Shown here: positions 1-8,590 of the stretch, piece by piece
Layout of the letters: each line of letters opens with the position of its first letter
Numbering within the stretch: position 1 is the stretch's first letter
Source of the DNA: Caulobacter sp.
GTDB taxonomy: Bacteria > Pseudomonadota > Alphaproteobacteria > Caulobacterales > Caulobacteraceae
Length of the DNA: 64,000 nt
Direction of reading: 5' to 3'
NCBI RefSeq assembly: GCF_049283275.1
Contig: NZ_JBAPVS010000142.1
Coordinates: forward strand, 31,752 to 95,751
Made by a program: the position numbers and the translations under genes
The notes under the pieces: generated by a model
Told to the model about the DNA's origin: nothing
The model's input: the letters and a program-made list of their open reading frames with translations, nothing else
Database searches by the model: none

Positions 1-177
1 CATGACGGTGCGACGGTCAGGACAGGGGCAGCTAATTGAACGGTGTAGGGACATCGGGGGGCTCCATCGGCGGTCTTGGTCGTATCTCGGCTTCGGAGCC
101 GCCGCTGCGCCATCCGGTGAAACCCGTGGCTCTGAATCCCGGCGGACCAACGGCGGGACGCCGGCTCATGCGTAGCC

Positions 178-330
178 TCAGACCACGGCGGCGGGTCGCG
201 TGACGCGCAGGAGGCCCAGGCGGAACGGCAGCGCGCCCAGGACGGCGCCGGCCAGAGGGGTCACGATGAAGAGCCAGAGCTGTCCGAACCCGGTGGTCGT
301 GGTCTCGATCGAGATGTTGCCGATGTTGAC
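178..330 (-). pseudogene. possible C-terminal remnant of an MIP/aquaporin-family gene
   Basis: Minus-strand frame ends GQLWLFIVTPLAGAVLGALPFR, resembling the last helix of AqpZ-like MIPs. No convincing NPA boxes or start upstream. Confidence 0.3.
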
Positions 331-499
331 CCGCGTGCGGCGACCCTCCACCGCGTCGCGCCGTCCGGCTGATCCGGGCCCCAGGCGAGGGTTTCGCCCG
401 ATGGCGCGGCCCTGCCCAACTCGAATGATCAAGGGCGAGCGGGAGCGCCCGCCCGGGCGGGCCCTGCTGGGAGGACATGCGGTGTCTGGAAGCGAACCT

Positions 500-1450
500 A
501 TGTGGAAGCATACGCTGGCGGCTGGCGTCGCCATCATGGTGCTGGCGGCAATGGGGCCGGCGCACGGACAGCGCCTGCCGCCGGGCGTGACGCCCGAGCG
601 CCTGGCCACCGACAACAAGCTTTTCCTGAGCCTGGCGATCAAGGGGCTGCACTGGGAGGAGCCGGCCGAGCCGGTGAAGATCGCTGGCCCCCTCTACTTC
701 GTCGGGACCCGCGGGCTGGGCGCATTCATCTTCGCCACGTCCGATGGCCTCGTCCTGATGAACACGGGCATGCCATCGTCTGGCCCTATGATTGCGGCGT
801 CGATCCGCAAGCTGGGCTTCAAGCCGGAAGACATCCGGCTGATGATCAACGGCCATGCCCACATAGACCACGCCGGCGCCTTCGCCTACTTCAAGACCCT
901 CTCCCCCAGGGCCGAACTCGCGGTCATGCGCGAGGACGTCGCGGCGATGGAGAGCGGCGACAAGGGCGACTTCAAGTACGCCGACGACTTCGTCTACGCG
1001 CCGGCGAAGGTGGACCGCATGCTGCGCGACGGCGAGCGCATCCAGCTGGGAGATGTGACCCTCACCGCCCTGCTTACGCCAGGCCACACCCGCGGCGCCA
1101 CCACCTGGATCGCCGAGATCGTCGACGACGGACGGCCGCTGACCGTCGTGTTCCCGGATGGCGCCGGCTTCAATCCGGGATACCGCATCACGAAGGATCC
1201 ATCCTACCCCGGCATCGAAGCCGATTACCGACGAACGCATCACACACTGGAGATGCTGAAGCCGGACATCTGGCTGGCCCAGCACAACGAGTACTACGAT
1301 TTAGAGGGTAAGCGCGCGCGGGCGCGGACGGATGGCGTCAGGGCCTGGATCGATCCGGAAGGGTACCGCCGCTGGGTGGCGAGCAAGAACCTCGCGTTCG
1401 AGACCCTGGTCGCTCGAGAATCGGGGGCTCAAGCGCCCGACGGCGAGTGA
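500..1450 (+). CDS. subclass B3 metallo-beta-lactamase-like protein, secreted
   Basis: ATG at 500 gives signal peptide MWKHTLAAGVAIMVLAAMGPAHG. Zinc motifs HAHIDH, TPGHT and AQH; N-terminal EPVKIAGPLYFVGT is typical of B3 enzymes. Confidence 0.85.
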   Translation: MWKHTLAAGVAIMVLAAMGPAHGQRLPPGVTPERLATDNKLFLSLAIKGLHWEEPAEPVKIAGPLYFVGTRGLGAFIFATSDGLVLMNTGMPSSGPMIAASIRKLGFKPEDIRLMINGHAHIDHAGAFAYFKTLSPRAELAVMREDVAAMESGDKGDFKYADDFVYAPAKVDRMLRDGERIQLGDVTLTALLTPGHTRGATTWIAEIVDDGRPLTVVFPDGAGFNPGYRITKDPSYPGIEADYRRTHHTLEMLKPDIWLAQHNEYYDLEGKRARARTDGVRAWIDPEGYRRWVASKNLAFETLVARESGAQAPDGE

Positions 1451-1460
1451 GGAGCCGGCC

Positions 1461-2657
1461 ATGCTCCCTCGGTATCCAGCTGTCGGATCCGCTTCCGCGG
1501 CGCTGGTCCTGGTGTCGGCTGTCTCGCTTCCCGCCGCAGCGCAGGAGACGGACCGGCTTAAGGCAAATGCCTCATGGACGCAGTTCGCCGGCGGGCTCGT
1601 CGGTGGTGACGGCGATCAGGACGGTCGCTATGGCGGGTACGTGGCGGCCGAGTTCGAGATAGACGGCGGCGCGGTCGGCCTCTGGGAAGGCGCCTCCATC
1701 AATGTCTACCCAGAGTACATCTACGGTCGGAACGTCAACGGCAGCGCCTCCGGTCCCGTCTTCCCCGTCAATGTCGGCCTGGCCTACCCCAGCAAAGACC
1801 GTGATGACTTCGACGTGTCGCTGTTCGTGCAGCAGCGGATTGGTCGCGCCACCGTGCAGTTCGGCAAGATCAACAGCATGCGCCGCGGGCGCGCGACGCC
1901 GATGATCAGCGGCGGCGGCCTTGAAGGCTTCCAGCACACGGTGCTGGCCTCTCCGCCCTCCATCATAGGCCAGCCGGTCCGCTTTGGCGTGATGGCCACC
2001 ATCCCGCTGGATGGGCCCACGTTGAGCCTTGGCGTTTGGGACCCGGAGTCGACCATCAACAAGACCGGCTTCGAGCATCCCTTCGAGACGGGCGTAGCCG
2101 GCTATGCCCAGTTGGCCTTCCCGGTGACGCTCGGCGGACGAAGCGGCAGCCAGAAGATCGCCGTCTACGGCAGCACGAAGCGCGGCTTAGACCTGCAGGA
2201 CGTACCCGAGGTGATCCTGCCGCCGGAGAGCGAAACGGTCCTGGGGCAGAAGAAGGGCCAATGGCATGTCCAGTACAGCTTCCACCAGCATCTGCACGAG
2301 GCGTCCGCGCCCGGGGGGCGGGGATGGGGGGTGTTCGGACGCCTGGGTGTGTGGGACGGCAATCCCACGCCGTTCCGATGGCAGGCGGCGCTGGGGGTAA
2401 GCGGAGAAGCGCCCTTCGCCTCACGACCGCAGGACCGGTTCGGCGTCGGCGTGTTCCGCACCCAGCTCAGCGCAACGTTGCGTCAGGGACTGGCCCCCAT
2501 CGTCGTGCTGGATGACGAAACCGGCGCTGAGATCTTCTATACCCTGGCCGTCGGCGGACCACTGCGCTTGACGGCCAGCGCGGAATGGGTCGATCCGGCG
2601 ATCGCCGCGCGAGGCGAACTTGTCTACATCGGCCTCAGAGCCAAGCTTGAGTTCTAG
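1461..2657 (+). CDS. carbohydrate-selective porin, OprB family
   Basis: GGAG RBS directly after the MBL stop, signal peptide, alternating beta-strand pattern, QDRFGVG motif and C-terminal ...GLRAKLEF with terminal Phe. Confidence 0.8.
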   Translation: MLPRYPAVGSASAALVLVSAVSLPAAAQETDRLKANASWTQFAGGLVGGDGDQDGRYGGYVAAEFEIDGGAVGLWEGASINVYPEYIYGRNVNGSASGPVFPVNVGLAYPSKDRDDFDVSLFVQQRIGRATVQFGKINSMRRGRATPMISGGGLEGFQHTVLASPPSIIGQPVRFGVMATIPLDGPTLSLGVWDPESTINKTGFEHPFETGVAGYAQLAFPVTLGGRSGSQKIAVYGSTKRGLDLQDVPEVILPPESETVLGQKKGQWHVQYSFHQHLHEASAPGGRGWGVFGRLGVWDGNPTPFRWQAALGVSGEAPFASRPQDRFGVGVFRTQLSATLRQGLAPIVVLDDETGAEIFYTLAVGGPLRLTASAEWVDPAIAARGELVYIGLRAKLEF

Positions 2658-2660
2658 GCT

Positions 2661-3053
2661 TCAGCGCTCCCCCCAAAGTTCGATCCTGGCCTGGCCCCGC
2701 GCGTTACCCGGGCGTCTATAGGTGAGCTCGACGCGCCGGATGAACCGGTCCCGGCCCCGCAGATCGATGCGGCGCGACCAGCCGCCCTGCTCGATGCGGA
2801 AGCGCAGCGGGATATGGTCGGGCGCGCCGTTGCTGTAGATCACGTCGAGGTCATAGACGTAGATCGCGTTGCCTTTGACCAGCAGGCGAATATGGTCGAA
2901 AGCCGCTCGCGCTGCTGTCACGACGATCACGTCGTGGTCCAGGTTCCACCGGACTGTCCGGGCGCCCAAGAACACCCGGCGGTCCTGAGTGGCCCCCGCG
3001 CCGGCGGAGAGCAGCCAGCCTGCGCCGCAAAGCACAAAGGTACGACGATACAT
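2661..3053 (-). CDS. DUF2541 (YaaI-like) secreted protein
   Basis: MYRRTF twin-Arg-like leader, then LGARTV...DHDVIVV...IRLLVKGNAIYVYDLDVIYSNG...SRRIDL pattern; GGGAGA RBS before ATG 3053. Confidence 0.7.
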   Translation of the reverse strand: MYRRTFVLCGAGWLLSAGAGATQDRRVFLGARTVRWNLDHDVIVVTAARAAFDHIRLLVKGNAIYVYDLDVIYSNGAPDHIPLRFRIEQGGWSRRIDLRGRDRFIRRVELTYRRPGNARGQARIELWGER

Positions 3054-3193
3054 GGTGTCTTCTCCCTCGGTGCGGCCGACAGGGGGGGCAATCGGCGCCA
3101 CGTGAAGTGGGTGAACGCGCTGCCGCCCGGCCGCACCAGCAGCCTCGCCCGAACCTCACCCGACAACCATCGGGTGAAGGCCCCAGGCGAGCC

Positions 3194-4003
3194 TCATCTG
3201 AGAGGCGGCGCGAATGACGCCTTCAAGGTCTCCATGGCCTGCTGGGACTCGATGACGCCGCCCATCTTCGGCTCATCGATATCGATTACGAGGACAAGGG
3301 AGAGCACCGTCAGCCCGATAAGCGTGGCGCCGGCCAAGCGCGCGCCGGGCCCCGCCAGCAGACGTCCGAGCAGAGCAGCCGTGGCCAGAAAGTAGGCCAG
3401 CAGCACCAGGAACACCTCCCCCGGCACGCGTGCGAGCCGCGCGGTTCGGCGCGCAGCTTCCAAGTTCAGCACTTCGTTCACAGCGTCGAGGAAGGGGACG
3501 GCGAACGGCGTGGAGCGCACACTGGGAAACGCCGCTTCGGTCGCTTGCCACAGCTCAGCGGCGAGACGATCGTTGACCGCGAGCGCGGTCCGGACCTCGC
3601 CAGGCCGAGCAGTGGCCAGCCGAATCCGCGCCTCGACGTAATCCTCCAACAGTTGCGCCATGACGGTGCGATGCGGCTCATCCAGGAGGCGGGCGCGAAG
3701 GTGCGCCGTACCGATCGCGTTAGCCTCATCCAACACCAGGGCGCGGCGGGTCTGGTAGCCGTCCACGGCAAGGAAGAAGGTGAAGCCCAGCAACAGGGCT
3801 AGCAGCCCAAGGATGGCCGCAACGACATAGGCTTCCTGGGTCTGCTGGTGGTTCGCCTCGACAGGGTCCGGCTGCGCCTGCGGGCGAGGTGGCCGGCGCA
3901 TGGCGACCCCACCTAGCCAAGCGCCCGCGGCGGCGCAGAGCAGCAGCAGGGCGAGAAGCCATGGCGGCCAGGTGGCGACCTGATCCAACAGCCGCGCGGC
4001 CAT
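3194..4003 (-). CDS. DUF4239 / bestrophin-like membrane protein
   Basis: LGLLALLLGFTF...RRALVLDEANAIGTAHLRA and C-terminal VIDIDEP motif; four hydrophobic segments. ATG lies 2 nt after the upstream stop. Confidence 0.7.
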   Translation of the reverse strand: MAARLLDQVATWPPWLLALLLLCAAAGAWLGGVAMRRPPRPQAQPDPVEANHQQTQEAYVVAAILGLLALLLGFTFFLAVDGYQTRRALVLDEANAIGTAHLRARLLDEPHRTVMAQLLEDYVEARIRLATARPGEVRTALAVNDRLAAELWQATEAAFPSVRSTPFAVPFLDAVNEVLNLEAARRTARLARVPGEVFLVLLAYFLATAALLGRLLAGPGARLAGATLIGLTVLSLVLVIDIDEPKMGGVIESQQAMETLKASFAPPLR

Positions 4004-4005
4004 GC

Positions 4006-4581
4006 TTACCAACGAAGGGTGACGCCGGAGCGTCGGGCGATCCGGCGGGTGAGTTCGAAGGAGGCCGCAGCGATGGCGCGAGTGTTGGGGTCCGCCCCTG
4101 GAGCGGCGCCGTTTCTCGGCGCCAGATCGCCCTCCACACGATTTAGCGCCACGTAAAGCCGGTCGACGGCCGCACGATCCTCAGGCTCCGTCAGCAGCGC
4201 GTCCATCTGCAGCGCTTTCCAGCGAAGCATCGCAATGGTGACGACGGCGGCCCGCTCTTCGGCCTGGCAGGATTGCGGCGCCCGCTGGCGGCAGGCTCGC
4301 AGATCGGCCACCTCGGAGATCAACTCCCCTGTTGCGGCGTCGAGGTTGGCGAGGAACTCGATAACGAACGTCGCTTTCAACTTCTGCTGTTCGAACGCGT
4401 GCCCGACAATGGGCGCCAGGACTATGGTGGCGACAACGGTGCCCAGCACGGTCGCCACATGCAGCCACAGCGGCACCTTGTCCTGGAACAGCCCTCGCCA
4501 CACCCAGCGCGCGATCTGCCGCAGTCGTTCCGGCGCGGTCGGTCCGCGCGTTTCGGCGACCTCATGCGCCGCTCCACCCAT
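4006..4581 (-). CDS. hypothetical single-TM membrane protein
   Basis: 191-aa ORF with one hydrophobic helix followed by a helical domain; translationally coupled to the DUF4239 gene. Confidence 0.6.
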   Translation of the reverse strand: MGGAAHEVAETRGPTAPERLRQIARWVWRGLFQDKVPLWLHVATVLGTVVATIVLAPIVGHAFEQQKLKATFVIEFLANLDAATGELISEVADLRACRQRAPQSCQAEERAAVVTIAMLRWKALQMDALLTEPEDRAAVDRLYVALNRVEGDLAPRNGAAPGADPNTRAIAAASFELTRRIARRSGVTLRW

Positions 4582-4754
4582 GCTAGCCTCCAGATCCGAG
4601 AACCCGGAGTATGGAGCCGGGGCGGACGCGCCGCCCTCCGGTCAAACCCTTAGCTTCGGGCCATGGCGCTGCTCGCGGCTCAGGAATGCGGGTTAGGCCC
4701 GATGGGAACAGGCGGCGCTAGCCCTATACTGAACGACAAAGCCGAGAGGCCGGC

Positions 4755-5387
4755 ATGCTTCGTATCCTCATCGCCGACGATCATGAGATGGTCCGTAAGG
4801 GCATCCGCGAGCTAATCCAGGATCATCCGGGCTGGGATGTGTGCGGCGAAGCTGGCGACGGGCTCACTGCGCTGGAGCTGGCGCTCAAGGAGCGTCCCGA
4901 CATCGCCATCCTGGATATCTCGCTTCCGCTGCTGAACGGCGTCGCGGCTACGCGGCGCCTGGTGCATGAGTGTCCACGTACGCGCGTGCTACTCTACACG
5001 ATGCTCGACGACGAGGAGAGCGTCACCAACGGCTTGGCGGCCGGCGCGCGGGGCTACGTGCTGAAGACCGACAGCGCCGAGCATCTGACCTCGGCGATCT
5101 CGGCGCTGGGCGCCAACCGACCCTTCTTCTCGTCCCTCGTCTCAGAGATCCTGCTCGAGACGGTCAACCACCGCAAACGCAGCCGCCTGGACAGCTTCAC
5201 AGACCGCGAGTTGCAGGTCGCGCAACTGATCGCCGAGGGCAACTCGAACAAGGCGACGGCCCGCACCCTCGGCATAAGCATCAAGACCGTCGAGAGCCAT
5301 CGCGCCTCGGCCATGCGCAAGGCGGGCGTGCACACCGCGCCCGAGCTGGTGCGCTTCGCCATCAAGCACAAGCTGATCCAGGCCTGA
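4755..5387 (+). CDS. NarL/LuxR-family DNA-binding response regulator
   Basis: REC domain (ADDH, phospho-acceptor LDISLP, GYVLK) plus LuxR HTH (FTDRELQVAQLIAEGNSNK...KTVESHR). Confidence 0.95.
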   Translation: MLRILIADDHEMVRKGIRELIQDHPGWDVCGEAGDGLTALELALKERPDIAILDISLPLLNGVAATRRLVHECPRTRVLLYTMLDDEESVTNGLAAGARGYVLKTDSAEHLTSAISALGANRPFFSSLVSEILLETVNHRKRSRLDSFTDRELQVAQLIAEGNSNKATARTLGISIKTVESHRASAMRKAGVHTAPELVRFAIKHKLIQA

Positions 5388-5455
5388 CTGGGAGTTCACC
5401 CGATAGGCCGCGCCCCAGCGGCGGCACAGTATCGAGATGTCCGCGATCTTTCCCC

Positions 5456-6925
5456 CTATGCGGATCTCGGGCCATTACGCCCCGTGCGGGGCGCGGCGGC
5501 GGGCGACCGCTCATCTTGTCCTCGCACACTTGTCGGCGGACGAGCGGTCGCCGGCTTCTGCGCCGGCCAGCGCGCCACCAAGGCCGCGCCCGCGCAGCCG
5601 CTGCGAATCTGCAACTGGCCCCCGAGTTGGCGGATGCGCGAGTGCATGGCGTGCAGGCCCTCCCCGAGGCGCCGCCGGCCTGCTGGAAAGCCGCGACCGT
5701 CGTCTCGCACCTCGCACTGAACGACGCCCCGAGCGACGCCCGCCCGGATGCAGACATGCGCCGCCCCCGAGTGGCGGTGGATGTTGACCAGCGCCTCCTG
5801 CACCATGCGGAACAGGGCGCGCTGGCCGTCTTGGGACAGCGCGCGCGGCGGCAACCGGACGTCCACCTCCATCTCAATTCGAGCGCGCCGTGCGAAACCC
5901 TCGGCCAGAGCCCGCACCGCCGCGCCGATCGGCTCGCCGCCGGAGCTGGGTGGATGGATCAAGAACGAGAGGGTGCGCACGTCGCGCTGGGCATCGGCGA
6001 TGCTGGCGGCGAGTTCGTCCAACACGCTTGCGGCCTCACGCCCGTCCGCGACCAACGAGCGGAGACGCGACACGGCCAGGCCGATCGCAACCAGTTGTTG
6101 GCCGGTGGAGTCATGCAGTTCCATGGCGATGCGCCGCCGTTCGGCCTCGCGGGCGGCGATTATGCGCTCCGTGGCGCGCTTGGCCTGCGCCCGGGCCTGG
6201 GCCAGTTCCGTGACGTCCTGCAGCAGCAACAGCCATGCATCGCCGTTGCGGTGGCGGAAGGGAACAAGCCGAACATCCAAGCGCCGTCCCTGACCGCCCG
6301 CGCAACTGCCTTCGAATTCGCGCGCCCCAGCGTGCAGCGCGCGGCGGGCCCGGCGGAAGAGGCGGCTCAGACCAGGGACGACTCCGCCCTCCGCGCCCAG
6401 GAGGTCGGCGCCCGGAGTGGCGGTCGGGGCGATGCCAATACTCGCAAAGTCATGCCAGGCGGCGTTGGCGTCCAACAGGCGACCATCCCGGTCCAAGATC
6501 GTCATCGGCCAACTCAGCACGTCGAACGCTGGTGCAAGGACTGATGGCCGGCGTAAGGGTCGCGGACGACCGCCACTCGGCTGAAAGATCAGGTCGGCTC
6601 CGCCGGCCCGGGCCTGCACGAGCACCTCGATCGAGGCGCCCGGTCGGAAAGACGATGGGAAAGTGGCACGGCTCGCTTCGCCGAAGTCGAACGCCTGCTG
6701 CACGGCGTAGGAAACCCGCCGCGGCAGTCCGGCCTCGCGGATATCGCGCCCAAGGGTCACGGTTTCGTCGAGGCCCAGCCAGATCTGGGCGGCGCGGCTG
6801 ATCCCGGTCACCAGCCAGAGCCGGTCGATTCCGATGACGCAGTCGGGCGCATCGGCGAAGGGCTGGGGGTCCGGCCACGGATCGCCGGCGGACAGTGCAA
6901 CGTCTTCAGGCAGGACCTGCTGCAC
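5456..6925 (-). CDS. cytoplasmic PAS-domain sensor histidine kinase (HisKA_3, NarX/UhpB type)
   Basis: ERRRIAMELHDSTGQ H-box, LFRMVQEALVNIHRHS N-box, DDGRGF G1 box; two PAS-like segments and no TM helix. GTG start uncertain. Confidence 0.88.
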   Translation of the reverse strand: MQQVLPEDVALSAGDPWPDPQPFADAPDCVIGIDRLWLVTGISRAAQIWLGLDETVTLGRDIREAGLPRRVSYAVQQAFDFGEASRATFPSSFRPGASIEVLVQARAGGADLIFQPSGGRPRPLRRPSVLAPAFDVLSWPMTILDRDGRLLDANAAWHDFASIGIAPTATPGADLLGAEGGVVPGLSRLFRRARRALHAGAREFEGSCAGGQGRRLDVRLVPFRHRNGDAWLLLLQDVTELAQARAQAKRATERIIAAREAERRRIAMELHDSTGQQLVAIGLAVSRLRSLVADGREAASVLDELAASIADAQRDVRTLSFLIHPPSSGGEPIGAAVRALAEGFARRARIEMEVDVRLPPRALSQDGQRALFRMVQEALVNIHRHSGAAHVCIRAGVARGVVQCEVRDDGRGFPAGRRRLGEGLHAMHSRIRQLGGQLQIRSGCAGAALVARWPAQKPATARPPTSVRGQDERSPAAAPRTGRNGPRSA

Positions 6926-7057
6926 GTTCGGCGCCTCTCTGCGTCAAAGTAACAAGACTACGGCGAAGATTTAACTGGAAGTTGTGCCTACTCGCGCGAA
7001 AGACACTCGCCAATGCACGCGACGGCCGACGCTTTCCGAGGACGCTGGCATAAGCAA

Positions 7058-7073
7058 TCAGGTGATCACCTGA
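7058..7073. promoter_or_regulatory. perfect 16-bp palindrome TCAGGTGATCACCTGA
   Basis: Exact inverted repeat in the intergenic region upstream of the kinase gene. Confidence 0.4.
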
Positions 7074-7079
7074 AGGGCG

Positions 7080-7304
7080 TCAACCCAGGGGCGTTTCCTG
7101 CGAGCCTTCCACGGCGATGACCAAGTCCAGCACCGCTTGCGCCAACGTGCTTGCGCGGTTGGCCGTGAACGCGGCCTCATGGCGGTCCAGCGTGCGCGTG
7201 CGAGCGGCCCGAACGAGGCGTTCCGCGCTCACGGGCAAGCCTTCCGCGGCCTGGGCGATCCGACGAGCGTGTCCGAGCCAGTCGATCGGAACGCGGGCCC
7301 TCAT
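7080..7304 (-). CDS. small hypothetical protein (74 aa)
   Basis: AGGAGAG RBS ahead of ATG 7304; helical-looking ORF MRARVPIDWLGHARRIAQAAE...; divergent from LysR. Confidence 0.5.
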   Translation of the reverse strand: MRARVPIDWLGHARRIAQAAEGLPVSAERLVRAARTRTLDRHEAAFTANRASTLAQAVLDLVIAVEGSQETPLG

Positions 7305-7429
7305 CGGCTCTCTCCTGACTGCGCTGTCCTGCGTCGTTCCGCCGGCCCCATCCTCTCGCTCCCTATCTGGCGCGGCGGAGGTAACACTGGCGCCCGAGAG
7401 GTGGGTCACGAAATTCTTTCGCCACAGGG

Positions 7430-7444
7430 ATAGCCAACGACTAT
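7430..7444. promoter_or_regulatory. LysR-type recognition box ATAG-N7-CTAT
   Basis: ATAGCCAACGACTAT is a T-N11-A dyad, 21 nt before the LysR start. Confidence 0.65.
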
Positions 7445-7465
7445 TATCCCGCCGGAGACGCCACA

Positions 7466-8383
7466 ATGTTCTCGCCCCTCGACCTAAGGCATCTGGAACA
7501 GATCGCCGCCATCCGGCGGGCCGGAGGGTTCAACGGCGCGGCGCGCGCCCTCGGCATCTCGCAGCCGACGCTGAGCAAGAGCATCGCCCGCCTGGAGGCG
7601 CGCCTTGGCATGAAGCTGTTCGAACGCGGCGCAAGGGGCGCGACGCCTACGGCCTACGCTAACTATCTCGGCGAGCGCGCGGAGGCGCTGCTGCAGAGCG
7701 CGGCTCAGCTGCTACGAGAGGCGCAGCAGATGGTCGACGGCGACTCTGGGCAAGTCCGGATCGGCGTCGGGCCCGTGGCGCGTCTCGCCCTCCTGCCGCA
7801 GTTGGTCAGCCTCGCTGCTGCGCGATTTCCGCGATTGCAGCTTTCTACCTTGCAGAGCAGTCCCCTGACATTGCTGGCGCGGCTGCTGAACGGTGAGTCC
7901 GACGTGATCTTCGTGCACCATGAGTACGCGGAAAGTCATGGCGACCTGATCCGCGCCAAGATCCTCACGGACGACATCATCGTCGTGGCGCGGGCCGGTC
8001 ATCCTGCAGGCGATCGCGGCCCCCTCGCACCTCGCGACCTCCTGGGTTACGCTGCGGCAACGCCGACCGTGACGCCGGCGATCCGGGCCTGGCTGGGCGC
8101 AGCCTCGCCGGACACCGATGGCCATGCCGCTGCGTTGTTCTCGGATGACTACAGCGTGATCGCGCAGCGGTTGCTCGATTCCGATTTGATCGCCTTCGCG
8201 CCTCGGTTCGCCGTGGCCCGGGAACTCGCCGAGGGCGCCTTCATCGAGCTGCCGATCACGCGACCCGCGCCGGCCTACGAATGTTGGATGCTCACCACCC
8301 CGGAACTCTGGCGCTCACCCGTCATCCGAGCGCTTGCCGACGCCGCACGTGAGGCGAGTGAGGCCCCGCGCGGTACGCGATGA
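7466..8383 (+). CDS. LysR-family transcriptional regulator
   Basis: N-terminal HTH (LRHLEQI...FNGAARALGISQPTLSKSIARLEARLGMKLFER) and a PBP2 substrate domain. Confidence 0.95.
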   Translation: MFSPLDLRHLEQIAAIRRAGGFNGAARALGISQPTLSKSIARLEARLGMKLFERGARGATPTAYANYLGERAEALLQSAAQLLREAQQMVDGDSGQVRIGVGPVARLALLPQLVSLAAARFPRLQLSTLQSSPLTLLARLLNGESDVIFVHHEYAESHGDLIRAKILTDDIIVVARAGHPAGDRGPLAPRDLLGYAAATPTVTPAIRAWLGAASPDTDGHAAALFSDDYSVIAQRLLDSDLIAFAPRFAVARELAEGAFIELPITRPAPAYECWMLTTPELWRSPVIRALADAAREASEAPRGTR

Positions 8384-8520
8384 CGGCCAAGGCGATCGAG
8401 TTGGTAGCGCCCCTGCCCATCTGTCCAGATTGCCGGCGCGGGATTCGGATTGTGCGCCCTCTTCCCATCAGACCCTGCTCGGCATCGCGGCAGGCTCTCG
8501 CAACCTGGCGCAGACGCGCC

Positions 8521-8590
8521 CCCATTACTCATCAATTAAACTCAATAAGTATTTGATTTTATTATATTTTATCCCTTATTCCCACTCGAT
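8521..8590 (-). mobile_element. putative att junction of a guaA-associated genomic island
   Basis: guaA ends ATCGAGTGGGAATAA (contains the GAGTGGGA core reported for guaA-3' islands), followed by about 50 nt at 12-22% GC including TAAGTATTTGATTTT. No integrase in the window. Confidence 0.55.

Noticed and set aside
8384..8535. IWTDGQGRYQL in a short minus-strand ORF, faintly like the DGxGLYL arm-binding motif of P4-type integrases
   Set aside because: Too short and degenerate; no other integrase motifs nearby. It would need an HMM hit to be credible.
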